DNA of 16,062 nucleotides, taken from positions 1 through 16,062 of the forward strand of contig JAEOSZ010000123.1 in assembly GCA_016840095.1 (NCBI GenBank), in the 5' to 3' direction. The notes below the pieces were generated by a model, which did no database searches, was not told where the DNA came from, and worked only from the letters and a program-made list of their open reading frames with translations. Below, one piece after another: positions 7,437-16,018 of the stretch; position 1 is the stretch's first letter; each line of letters begins with the position of its first letter. A program made the position numbers and the translations under genes. Source of the DNA: Candidatus Heimdallarchaeota archaeon (GTDB taxonomy: Archaea; Asgardarchaeota; Heimdallarchaeia; Heimdallarchaeales; Heimdallarchaeaceae).

Positions 7437-7544
7437 AGTATCATTACCTCGAGTTTTTTCTGCTTACTCTCCTCAATCCCCTAAAGCAGCAATTTAACAT
7501 CATCAGGATGAGATGATTGGGCAAAAACTGGAACGCGAATTTAG

Positions 7545-7569
7545 CTTAAAAACTTTCTCATTAGAGAAA
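7545..7569 (-). promoter_or_regulatory. Archaeal BRE/TATA promoter for the microprotein cluster, with an overlapping inverted repeat
   Basis: Minus strand GAAAG-TTTTTAAG (7557-7545). TTTCTC-ATTA-GAGAAA at 7554-7569 overlaps the BRE. Predicted TSS near 7520. Confidence 0.55.
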
Positions 7570-7665
7570 AAAACACCTTAATTACAGACTGCTTCTTCGC
7601 TATCTCTAGGATAGATTCGGTTTGATTTTATATACATGGAAATTTAGGTAATTTTAGCACAAAAT

Positions 7666-7679
7666 GAAAAGTTTAAATG
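7666..7679 (+). promoter_or_regulatory. Archaeal BRE/TATA promoter for the zf-PARP gene
   Basis: GAAAAG-TTTAAATG, 25 nt upstream of the GTG at 7705. Confidence 0.6.
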
Positions 7680-7704
7680 CAAAAAGATAGTAAAAGCGTC
7701 GCTG

Positions 7705-8409
7705 GTGAAAATCTTGAAAATCAAGTTAAGTAAACCAAATGAATGGGGAAATTTCATCCATCCTGAAACACTAGAGATTAAGGAAATTGTAGGAGAAATA
7801 CCTGAAAAAGCCATTGTAATAATTCGAAAAAAAGAATATCGTTCTGAGCTAAGTAGATCTGTTGTATCTACCAGATATGGGGTGGTTTCTAAAGGAACTT
7901 TGTTATATTTAACAAAAAAAGATATATCAAAGAAACTAGCTAAACTATTTGTGAATTATACACACAAGCATGAGAAGATTCCTCCCAAAGTAACTATCTC
8001 AGAGAAGAGAGTTGATAACAAACCTGTTGAAATAACATATAATTACAGTACCAATGAATCTTTTCAATTTCTACTAAGTGAAGAGTTGTTAGCAGGTGAA
8101 AATCCAAAAAAATTCATTGAAAAAATAATAACTACTTCAGATAATTTATTTTCGAAAAAGGAATCCTCAAAACAATGGAGAGTAGATAATGCTCCTCATG
8201 GGAGATCATTGTGTAAAAAATGTAAACGGCAAATTAGAGTAAGCGAATTAAATTTAAGAGAAATTAAGGAAAAGGACGATCCTTCTACAACGGAATTCTA
8301 TCACTTTAGCTGTTTTCCTTTTACTAAATATGATCAGTTTTCCATCCATGGAATTAAGAGTTTATCAGAAGAGGATCAAAGGAAAGTAAGAAAAAAAATA
8401 GAAAAATAA
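7705..8409 (+). CDS. Protein with unknown N-terminal domain and C-terminal PARP-type zinc finger (zf-PARP)
   Basis: WRVDNAPHGRSLCKKCKRQI..SEL...FYHFSCF...IHGIKSLSEEDQRKVRK matches the CxxC...HxxC zf-PARP pattern, including the G..L..EDQ..(I/V)R tail. The start may be TTG at 7714 (GGTGA RBS at 7704-7708). Confidence 0.8.
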   Translation: MKILKIKLSKPNEWGNFIHPETLEIKEIVGEIPEKAIVIIRKKEYRSELSRSVVSTRYGVVSKGTLLYLTKKDISKKLAKLFVNYTHKHEKIPPKVTISEKRVDNKPVEITYNYSTNESFQFLLSEELLAGENPKKFIEKIITTSDNLFSKKESSKQWRVDNAPHGRSLCKKCKRQIRVSELNLREIKEKDDPSTTEFYHFSCFPFTKYDQFSIHGIKSLSEEDQRKVRKKIEK

Positions 8410-8479
8410 GGTTATCAGTTATTTCTCTGGTTTGAGAATGAACTGCTTTTTCTATCATTGCTTTGTTTTGAAGATTTTT

Positions 8480-9418
8480 TTACATATCTAAAACTGCAGG
8501 TATTATTTCTTCCTCAAAAATCTTCAGTGGTTCTTGACTAGCTAAAGGATGTTTCATGTTGAAAATTGCATGATCTATTCCTAAATCACTTTGCCATTTA
8601 AGATTCTCAATTATATCATCTGCTGTTTTTAGATTCTTTATACCTGTTTTTTCTTGTTTATCTGATATAGAAGGTTGATCCAGAAAAACACTACCTAGAC
8701 TTGTTTTTTCTATCTCATCATAAGGTCGATTTTCATTCTCACAGTGTTTCTTGAGTACTTTGATTGCTTCTTCAAAACGTTCCTTTCCATATCCTATAAA
8801 TAAGTTACATGCGTCTGAGTATTTTGCTACAAACTTTAGAGTCTTTTTTGGACCCATTCCACCGATAAGTATTGGAGGATATTTTTGAATTGGTTGAGGA
8901 TGGCATAAAGTTTCTTTTAGATGATAGTGTTTTCCTTTATACTCTTCTCCGTTTCTTTCAGACCACATTAGTTTGGTTATTTGGAGTGCTTCTTCTAACA
9001 TCTCAAAACGAGTTGTCCAGTCATAGAAAGGTATTCCTAGGCCTACTGATTCTCGTTCAAACCATCCAGCTCCAATACCAAGATAAGCTCTACCATTTGA
9101 AAGAACATCAAGAGTACTAGCTGCTTTAATCAACATTCCAGGATGTCTGTAAATGTTACCAGTAACCATTGTTCCTAGTTTGATTTCTTTTGTCAAAGCA
9201 GCTAAATAATTTAAAACTGAATATCCTTCGTACATATCTTCTTCTGCGGGACCTAATAACCAACTTTCTTCACTTCCAATTTGGAAGAAATGATCCATAA
9301 CCCATAAACTATGAAATCCAGCCTTATCTGCTTGAATTGCAATATCCTTTATATCTTCAGCAAATGAATCCTTTCCACCAGGAAAAGTAAAATTAGGTAC
9401 TTGTAATCCGATTTTCAT
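8480..9418 (-). CDS. LLM-class, probably F420-dependent oxidoreductase (Rv1855c-like)
   Basis: GFHSLWVMDHFFQI, LGTMVTGNIYRHPGMLIK, LDVLSNGRAYLGIGAGWFERE and PPILIGGMGPKKTLKFVAKYSDACN motifs. Confidence 0.92.
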   Translation of the reverse strand: MKIGLQVPNFTFPGGKDSFAEDIKDIAIQADKAGFHSLWVMDHFFQIGSEESWLLGPAEEDMYEGYSVLNYLAALTKEIKLGTMVTGNIYRHPGMLIKAASTLDVLSNGRAYLGIGAGWFERESVGLGIPFYDWTTRFEMLEEALQITKLMWSERNGEEYKGKHYHLKETLCHPQPIQKYPPILIGGMGPKKTLKFVAKYSDACNLFIGYGKERFEEAIKVLKKHCENENRPYDEIEKTSLGSVFLDQPSISDKQEKTGIKNLKTADDIIENLKWQSDLGIDHAIFNMKHPLASQEPLKIFEEEIIPAVLDM

Positions 9419-9467
9419 GAGAGTTTTCTAGATGTTTTTATTTTTAAAACTTCGTTTCTCTCAAAAC

Positions 9468-10550
9468 TCAGATTAATTCTTTAGTACTCAAATACTGTTC
9501 TAGTTTTTTTAATGATACCTGTGCTTCAATTGATTCTCTATGAAACTTAAAACCTAATCTATTGTTTATGGAAAGCATAGGCGCATTTGTTGTAACATTT
9601 TCTGTTCTAACAGTTGTAACCTCTGGAAATAGTTCTCGAATTTTCATCAGCATTGTAGCTTTCAACCACTTCCCTAATCCTCTTCCCCTATGCTCATCTT
9701 TTACTCCTGTTAATCCTTGAGTTATCATAGTTTTGATTCCTAGATTATATTGCATTTCAGTAAGTCCAGAAATTTCTCCATCTTCTTCTATAGTTAACAT
9801 AATTATGTTTTTCATACCGGTTTCTTCATATGAAAGTCTTCTATGTTCAAAATACTCAGGAGTAAATGAAATGGAAACATCTTCTACTCCATCAACAGGT
9901 TGTTGGTTGTAAGTTTCAGTATACAATTTACTGAATTGTTTGACATACTCATCAGAAATGCGATCCAAACAGACTAACTTTGTTGATGGTGATTTTTCTT
10001 TTCCTTTTTTCTCCCATAATTCAATCATCTTCCAGTCTACTTCTTCTAAGTTCAATCTATTTTCTGTACCAATTTCTAATTCAGCACCTATTTTTTGCAA
10101 AAATGATTTACCACTTGAATAATAAGTATCAGTAGCTAGGAGAGTTTTCTCATGTTCAACTGCTACTTCATAAACTTTTGATAGTGCAAAAGTACCAATC
10201 CCTTGTCTGTGATAGTCCTCTAGAATATTGATATAGAACTCCATATACTCCTTACTTTCATTGTAGGTTTCAGTTCCTTTTCGAGGAATAACACATTGAA
10301 TAAATCCCACCTGTTTGTGAGCTGATCTATCCATCATAGTAAACATTAAACCTAGAACTTCTGGATGTTGAGCATAGAGCTTCAATCCTTTTTCAACTGC
10401 ATCATCAGAAGTAGATGTGGGGTTATCTGGATTTCTTTGAACACTTAGAGTTTTGCGATATTCGTGGTGTTTAATCCATCTTTTTTCTGGCAAAGTAAGA
10501 GGATCAAAATCAAGGATTTTAATATGCTCAAGAGAGGAGTGATCAGACAT
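9468..10550 (-). CDS. Tandem (double-domain) GNAT N-acetyltransferase, paralogue 1
   Basis: Two acetyl-CoA motif-A loops (YHRQGIGT and HRGRGLGKWLK) plus NAPMLSINNRLGF. ATG at 10550 preferred over GTG at 10559; start uncertain. Confidence 0.88.
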   Translation of the reverse strand: MSDHSSLEHIKILDFDPLTLPEKRWIKHHEYRKTLSVQRNPDNPTSTSDDAVEKGLKLYAQHPEVLGLMFTMMDRSAHKQVGFIQCVIPRKGTETYNESKEYMEFYINILEDYHRQGIGTFALSKVYEVAVEHEKTLLATDTYYSSGKSFLQKIGAELEIGTENRLNLEEVDWKMIELWEKKGKEKSPSTKLVCLDRISDEYVKQFSKLYTETYNQQPVDGVEDVSISFTPEYFEHRRLSYEETGMKNIIMLTIEEDGEISGLTEMQYNLGIKTMITQGLTGVKDEHRGRGLGKWLKATMLMKIRELFPEVTTVRTENVTTNAPMLSINNRLGFKFHRESIEAQVSLKKLEQYLSTKELI

Positions 10551-10638
10551 TTTACTCACTTATTAGTCAAAAAAATGATAAAAGGCATTTATTACATTAT
10601 CTTTCATGAACACAAGTTTCCAAAACGTAAAAACTATC

Positions 10639-11355
10639 CTAAACACCTAAATCCCGTTCATTTGATTGGTTTAGATACTTTATTACTCCTATTCCCAAGC
10701 CGATATATGCAACCGCAATTACATACTGCAACAACGAATTCCCCATTCTATGAATAATCTGTTCAGTGATTATGTCGAATGTTGAAGCAATTCCAACTAA
10801 GATTGAATATAACACAGATAATGATGCCAAAGCAAGAAACGAATATTTGGCAATGTTTGGTGTGTCACTTAGTATAAAGAGAACAACAGTATAGCAGATT
10901 ATTGCAATTACTAATAATATAGGATTAATCACAACAACAGTCATGTGAAATTTCCTTGTTCTATGAAGTAAGAAGATTACATAGTTGAGAGGTCCTACAA
11001 AAATCAAAAATGATGATCCAACAAGACTTAGATATCTTGTTGTCCTTCTTTCTTGGAATAATTTGTAGAAAACTGAGAAGAACAATGTTACACCAATAGT
11101 TTGAACAGTTGTAGTTATTAGTAATAGTGCCCTTGAGATAATATTTGGTTCTCCATTCAAGGCAACTGCAGGGCATAAATCGCAAATTGCGTTATACAGA
11201 AGACTATATCCCTCATGAGAAGTGTTCCACTCATGTCCTCCTGGATAATAAGCCATAGTTAAAACAAAAGTAACTATAGAAATAGCTGCTGTAATCATAA
11301 AAACAATAGTAATTACCTTGAAATTTTTACCATTGTTTCTAAGATTGACAAACAT
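10639..11355 (-). CDS. Multi-pass (about 6 TM) membrane protein, possibly DUF998-like
   Basis: Six hydrophobic segments and a loop YYPGG...GYS...NAICDL after TM1. Family assignment is tentative. Confidence 0.7.
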   Translation of the reverse strand: MFVNLRNNGKNFKVITIVFMITAAISIVTFVLTMAYYPGGHEWNTSHEGYSLLYNAICDLCPAVALNGEPNIISRALLLITTTVQTIGVTLFFSVFYKLFQERRTTRYLSLVGSSFLIFVGPLNYVIFLLHRTRKFHMTVVVINPILLVIAIICYTVVLFILSDTPNIAKYSFLALASLSVLYSILVGIASTFDIITEQIIHRMGNSLLQYVIAVAYIGLGIGVIKYLNQSNERDLGV

Positions 11356-11394
11356 GCGGGTTAGTGTTCTTTTACTATGAAAAGGATTATGGTG

Positions 11395-12714
11395 TCAGAA
11401 ATTTTGTCTCCTTCTTATCACATTCTTCAAGATAAAATATAAACCTGTACCCATCAAAGCTGCACTTGATAGCCCTATAAGGTAATAGAAGTATAATGGT
11501 AAATGCCCTAGATAAAAGTCACTTCCAATTGGGTCTGTTTCTCCATCAATTGCTTGACGCATAATAGAAAATGTATCTATGTGATGTTCAGCTGTTAATA
11601 TTTGATCTGTATATGGCCCCATGCCAGCTAGTATTACTTCTGTATCTGTATGTCCCCCTGTACCCCAACCTACATCTACTTCTTGAGCTCTAGCTGTCCT
11701 TTTATCTAACTTCTCAGTATAAGAATCAGTTTCAAGAGGTATTTCAGTTATGAATGAATAATCTTTCACAGAAAAACCTCCGGTTTCATGATCAGCAGTA
11801 ACTAGCAACTGCCAATCGGAGTTTTGTTCTGCTAGATTTTTAACATATCTTACCGCTTTTTCAAATTCAATAATCTGATGAGCAAGATATATTTCATCAT
11901 TATCATGTCCAGCCCAATCAATTTGTGAACCTTCAACCATCAAGAAAAATGGTTGCCCAGTAGAGTTAAGTAAGTCTATAGCTTTGATTGTCATTTCACT
12001 TAAAGTTGGAATAGTTGAATTCTCCAGCATTGTTTGGAGAGGAGGTAATGACCCACCTGTAAATAACCCTAGAACTGGAACATCTGTTACACTTGCTAAA
12101 GCTGTTTCATTTGTAACATACTCATATCCTAAGGTTTCAAAATCTGAGATATAATTACCTATATATTTCTCTTCAAATCCTCCACCTAGCATGACAGATA
12201 CATTTGCTTGGGAGAAATCTTCAGCAATTTCTTGATAATTTCCTCTACTCGGATCATGAGCTGCAAAGGATGCTGGTGTTGCATGTGTTAAGTGGCTTGT
12301 TGCTACAAGACCAGTAGCATATCCATTCTGTTTAGCTATCTCAAGAATAGTGGTTAGATCCATTTTGGCATTCCAATTAGTTGCTATCCGACCATTTTTT
12401 GTTTTTACTCCTGTACTTATAGCAGTTGCAGAAGCTGCAGAATCAGTAGTAGTTCCATCAACATTGGCTGTTGAAACAGTAGTGTTGTAAGGAAAAGAAA
12501 GAATACTAGAAGTATTTGATAATCCATATTCAACCAATTGTCCAAAGTAAATTTGTTCCAAACCCATTCCATCTCCTATAAATAGAATGATGTTGGAAGG
12601 ATAAGTATCTAAAGCTGATGTAGTAATCGAAAACTTCTGATGTAAACTAAGCCCAGTAACTATAACCACAAGAATTGCTAGAGTAAAATATGTAGATTTT
12701 GATTGGAATTTCAT
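11395..12714 (-). CDS. phoA: Alkaline phosphatase (PhoA family), secreted and C-terminally membrane-anchored
   Basis: IGDGMG, TDSAASATA (catalytic Ser), THATPA, VEGSQIDWAGH, VTADHETGG and GHT motifs. N-terminal signal/TM and a C-terminal TM followed by RRR. Confidence 0.95.
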   Translation of the reverse strand: MKFQSKSTYFTLAILVVIVTGLSLHQKFSITTSALDTYPSNIILFIGDGMGLEQIYFGQLVEYGLSNTSSILSFPYNTTVSTANVDGTTTDSAASATAISTGVKTKNGRIATNWNAKMDLTTILEIAKQNGYATGLVATSHLTHATPASFAAHDPSRGNYQEIAEDFSQANVSVMLGGGFEEKYIGNYISDFETLGYEYVTNETALASVTDVPVLGLFTGGSLPPLQTMLENSTIPTLSEMTIKAIDLLNSTGQPFFLMVEGSQIDWAGHDNDEIYLAHQIIEFEKAVRYVKNLAEQNSDWQLLVTADHETGGFSVKDYSFITEIPLETDSYTEKLDKRTARAQEVDVGWGTGGHTDTEVILAGMGPYTDQILTAEHHIDTFSIMRQAIDGETDPIGSDFYLGHLPLYFYYLIGLSSAALMGTGLYFILKNVIRRRQNF

Positions 12715-12829
12715 ACAAACACACTTCTTTTCTTAATTAGATATGATATATGCTCTTTAAAAAAGATAATTCTTCTCCCAAACTCATTTTTCAAATTACT
12801 TATTAGTGTGCAAAAGCATAGGAGCTATT

Positions 12830-13870
12830 ATGAAGTTCAGATTTGAGGAATACAATGCCAAAGAAGTATCAGAAGAATTCTGGGACAGATTATATGAGTA
12901 TGAGACAGCTTATTATAAGTTTCATAATCCTAATGATCCTCCACCAAACAAGGAAGCATTGATTCAGCGTATAAAAGCTGATCGTTCTCATTGTTACTTT
13001 ATGCATTCTATTGCTCTTACTTCTGAGGATAAGATTGTTGGTAATTGTTGGTTTTGGGCACCTTCAGAGACATCACCTGAATATGAACAGAATAAGCACA
13101 TATGTTGGGCTGGTGTTTATGTTCTACCAGATTATTGTAGACAAGGAATTGGAACTTCTTTGCTAGAAAAAGTAGTTAAAAAAGCTCAAGCACATGACAG
13201 AACTACAATTCAGATGGGAACCAATCATGATTCTGGAAGAGCTTTTCTCAAAAAGTATGGGGCTACATTTACAATTGCTGGTGCAGAAAATCGACTAGAA
13301 ATGGAAAACGTTGATTGGGACTTAATGCAATCTTGGGTTGATGAGGGTAAAAAAAGAAATGAAGGTGTTACTCTTGAATCCTTTATTGAGTGCCCAGAGG
13401 AAATCTTAGAAGAATTTTGTGAAATGTTCACAGAAGCAGTTAATATGGCACCTCAGGGTGAATCTGAATTTAGAACTAATATTGATGGAAATTTAAGAAG
13501 AGTCTATGAAAAGCAGAATAAAGAAGAAGGATGGATTCATCAAACCCTAATATCTCGAGAAAGCGATGAGAGAATTTCCGGAATGACTGAAATTTATTAT
13601 GATCCTAGAGAGGGATATAAACTCCGTCAGGAACTTACAGGTGTTCGTCCCGAATTTAGGGGAAGGGGATTGGGGAAGTGGTTAAAAGCACACAATATCA
13701 TTTACATTCGAGAAACTTATCCTGAAGTCAAAAGAATAATCACTGGTAACGCTGAAGTTAATGCTCCTATGCTCTCAATTAATAATCGAATGGGATATAA
13801 AAAATACAAAGCTGGAGAAGGCTACAAATTCAAGTTGGATGATCTAACAAAGAGATTGGAAATGAAATAA
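12830..13870 (+). CDS. Tandem GNAT N-acetyltransferase, paralogue 2
   Basis: CRQGIGT and FRGRGLGKWLKA motifs. Start moved to ATG 12830 because of the AGGAG RBS and because MKFRFEE aligns with MKFRIKE of the next gene; both are then 346 aa. Confidence 0.9.
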   Translation: MKFRFEEYNAKEVSEEFWDRLYEYETAYYKFHNPNDPPPNKEALIQRIKADRSHCYFMHSIALTSEDKIVGNCWFWAPSETSPEYEQNKHICWAGVYVLPDYCRQGIGTSLLEKVVKKAQAHDRTTIQMGTNHDSGRAFLKKYGATFTIAGAENRLEMENVDWDLMQSWVDEGKKRNEGVTLESFIECPEEILEEFCEMFTEAVNMAPQGESEFRTNIDGNLRRVYEKQNKEEGWIHQTLISRESDERISGMTEIYYDPREGYKLRQELTGVRPEFRGRGLGKWLKAHNIIYIRETYPEVKRIITGNAEVNAPMLSINNRMGYKKYKAGEGYKFKLDDLTKRLEMK

Positions 13871-13922
13871 TATTTCTCTTTTTACCATTTTCTTATAAAG
13901 GTTTGATGCTAGAAGAACTATC

Positions 13923-14963
13923 ATGAAATTTAGAATCAAGGAATTCAAACCAAGAGAAGTTCCAGATGAATTCTGGGAAGGATATTTCGAATTTATAGAG
14001 TCTAACCACAGAGAGATGAATCCCGATGATCCTCTACCTAGTAGAGAGGGTATTATCCAACGCCAAAAAGCAGATTATCCTGATTATACTGTTAAACGTT
14101 GGTTAGCTTACACTCCAGAAAATAAAATTATTGGATGGGTAGGGTTTGGTGCTTCTAAAGAAACAGCTTCTGATCACGAAGAAAACAAGCATATTGCTCA
14201 AATTAATGTTAGGGTTCTCAAAAACTATCGAAGAAAAGGATTAGGAACAGAATTACTCAAAACTGCACTCAAAGAAGCTATAGCTTTGGATCGAACAACC
14301 ATAGAAACTGGTACAGATCATGAAGCAGGTGCAGCTTTCCTTAAACATTATGGAGCTCAACTAACTATTGAGGGGGCAGAAAATAGATTAGAAATGGAAG
14401 ACGTTGATTGGGATCTTATGCAATCTTGGATTGATGAAGGGGCAAAAAGAGCTCCAGGAGTAACCATTGAAGAGTTTGACAATATATGTCCTGAAGTAAT
14501 CATAGATGAATACGTAGAGATGTTTACTGAAGCACTTAATATGCAACCTCTTGGAGAAACCGAAGGTAGAGCAAACATAGATGCGGAAGCTTGGAGAAAA
14601 AATGAGCAAAGAAGGGGAGAAACTGGTCAAAAAAATTACGCAATGTATACTAAAGAACCAGATGGAAGAATTTCAGGTTTGACTGATATCTACTTTGATC
14701 CACGAGATGGAGATAGAATACATCAAGGGCTAACAGGAGTTCGTCCAAAATTCAGAGGAAAAGGATTAGGAAAGTGGTTGAAAGCAAAGATGATTTTTCA
14801 TATTAAAGAGAACTACCCTGACGTACAAAGAATACTCACTGGAAATGCTGAAACTAATGAAGCTATGCTCTCTATAAACAAGAGAATGGGATTCAAGAGA
14901 TACAAAGGTGAAGATGGTTACAAATTCAAAACAGAGGAGCTTGCAAAGAAATTAGGTTTGTAA
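13923..14963 (+). CDS. Tandem GNAT N-acetyltransferase, paralogue 3 (tandem duplicate)
   Basis: YRRKGLGT and FRGKGLGKWLKA motifs. Shares GAENRLEME.VDWDLMQSW.DEG with paralogue 2. Has its own CTTATAAA TATA-like box about 24 nt upstream (leaderless). Confidence 0.92.
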   Translation: MKFRIKEFKPREVPDEFWEGYFEFIESNHREMNPDDPLPSREGIIQRQKADYPDYTVKRWLAYTPENKIIGWVGFGASKETASDHEENKHIAQINVRVLKNYRRKGLGTELLKTALKEAIALDRTTIETGTDHEAGAAFLKHYGAQLTIEGAENRLEMEDVDWDLMQSWIDEGAKRAPGVTIEEFDNICPEVIIDEYVEMFTEALNMQPLGETEGRANIDAEAWRKNEQRRGETGQKNYAMYTKEPDGRISGLTDIYFDPRDGDRIHQGLTGVRPKFRGKGLGKWLKAKMIFHIKENYPDVQRILTGNAETNEAMLSINKRMGFKRYKGEDGYKFKTEELAKKLGL

Positions 14964-15001
14964 GCCAAATCAAACGCTATAGTCTAGAAAAAAGAGTAAG
15001 A

Positions 15002-15406
15002 TTACTCCAACTGATTTCCACAGTTTGAACAGAATCTTACTTTTTGTTGAATTTTCATGCCACAATAGGTACAGAAGATAGGCTCATTAATAGGTTGAAA
15101 AACTACTTTAGGTTGTTTTTCAAGTTCCTGTTTCTCTTTTTCGAAGAAAGGATTCTTTGTTGGGACATAAGGTTCTTTTGTCCTTTGTTCAACATGATAT
15201 CTAGTTCTATGTTCTACTCTTCTCCTTCTTGAGTTTGAAGAAGCAGATAAAATAATGATGAAAACCCCTACACCAATAAGGATGAATGGCCAATTCCAAA
15301 ATCTTAGAAAGCCTGTATAGAATCCCAAGAATATTAGTACGCCTAACACTAGGAACATTACAGATGCAAATGGTCCTGTTCTATATCTATGTCTATGTGT
15401 TTGCAT
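15002..15406 (-). CDS. Two-TM membrane protein with C-terminal zinc ribbon
   Basis: CTYCG-x9-CSNCG at the C-terminus and two TMs. Start moved to ATG 15406 (MQTHRHRY), which removes the overlap with the flavodoxin gene and places TTTATTAA 25 nt upstream. Confidence 0.82.
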   Translation of the reverse strand: MQTHRHRYRTGPFASVMFLVLGVLIFLGFYTGFLRFWNWPFILIGVGVFIIILSASSNSRRRRVEHRTRYHVEQRTKEPYVPTKNPFFEKEKQELEKQPKVVFQPINEPIFCTYCGMKIQQKVRFCSNCGNQLE

Positions 15407-15473
15407 TTCTAAGTAAAATTGTACACACGAATTAATAAAGCAAACCAAATGAAAAGGAAAAATAGAAGATAAA

Positions 15474-16016
15474 TTAGATTGTTTGTACTTCTTCAATAAC
15501 CTTATTTTCTAGTACAGTTCCAAGTTGCTTTGCCCATTCTTCAATTCTGTCAATTGTTCTATTATCAGTTGTAAAATTGGGAAGTTTATTGGCTACATGC
15601 ATTACCCACTGTTCAGGATATTCTCTCTGTGGAACTCTTCCTCCAAAAGCTTCCATAGATATAGGTTTAATATGTCTATGCTTCTCCAAAATTGTTTCAA
15701 GATAAGCAAGGTAAGCTTTTTTATAGAGAGAATTTTCTCCGGCGAACATAGAACAAACAAAAAGAGCTACATTCTTTCCTTCAAATTTTCTTGTAAGAAA
15801 TTCATCTGCATGACATGCCCAAGAACCATTATAAATACAACTACCTACAATGATGTTGTCATAATTTTCAGTTTCAGGACTTTCTTGATTTTTTCCAATA
15901 TTATGTAAGGTTACATCATGATTGAAATCTTCAGCTAGAATTTTAGCAATTCTGATCGCTGCTTGTTTGGTTGATCCGAAATAAGTTTCGTATATAATTA
16001 GAGTGTTTTGCCCCAC
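15474..16016 (-). CDS. Flavodoxin-domain protein (Flavodoxin_5/HemG-like)
   Basis: LIIYETYFGSTKQAA (FMN phosphate loop), YDNIIVGSCIYNG, VALFVCS, AFGG and DNR...IEEWA motifs. GTG start with GGAGG RBS. Confidence 0.88.
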   Translation of the reverse strand: MGQNTLIIYETYFGSTKQAAIRIAKILAEDFNHDVTLHNIGKNQESPETENYDNIIVGSCIYNGSWACHADEFLTRKFEGKNVALFVCSMFAGENSLYKKAYLAYLETILEKHRHIKPISMEAFGGRVPQREYPEQWVMHVANKLPNFTTDNRTIDRIEEWAKQLGTVLENKVIEEVQTI

Positions 16017-16018
16017 AG

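Noticed and set aside
7495-7520. CTGATGA resembling box C/D sRNA or fluoride riboswitch elements
   Set aside because: No properly placed downstream D box, and the other fluoride-riboswitch consensus elements are missing.
1382-15908. Short ORF-track entries antisense or out of frame to long genes (1382-1570, 2161-2349, 2475-2663, 6020-6211, 8872-9120, 9940-10122, 10464-10757, 10961-11185, 13225-13431, 14357-14578, 14388-14630, 15044-15232, 15525-15908)
   Set aside because: Shadow ORFs overlapping well-supported genes, with no recognisable motifs.
15474-16016. Calling this hemG
   Set aside because: The flavodoxin fold is clear, but there is no heme-pathway context and the family is broad.
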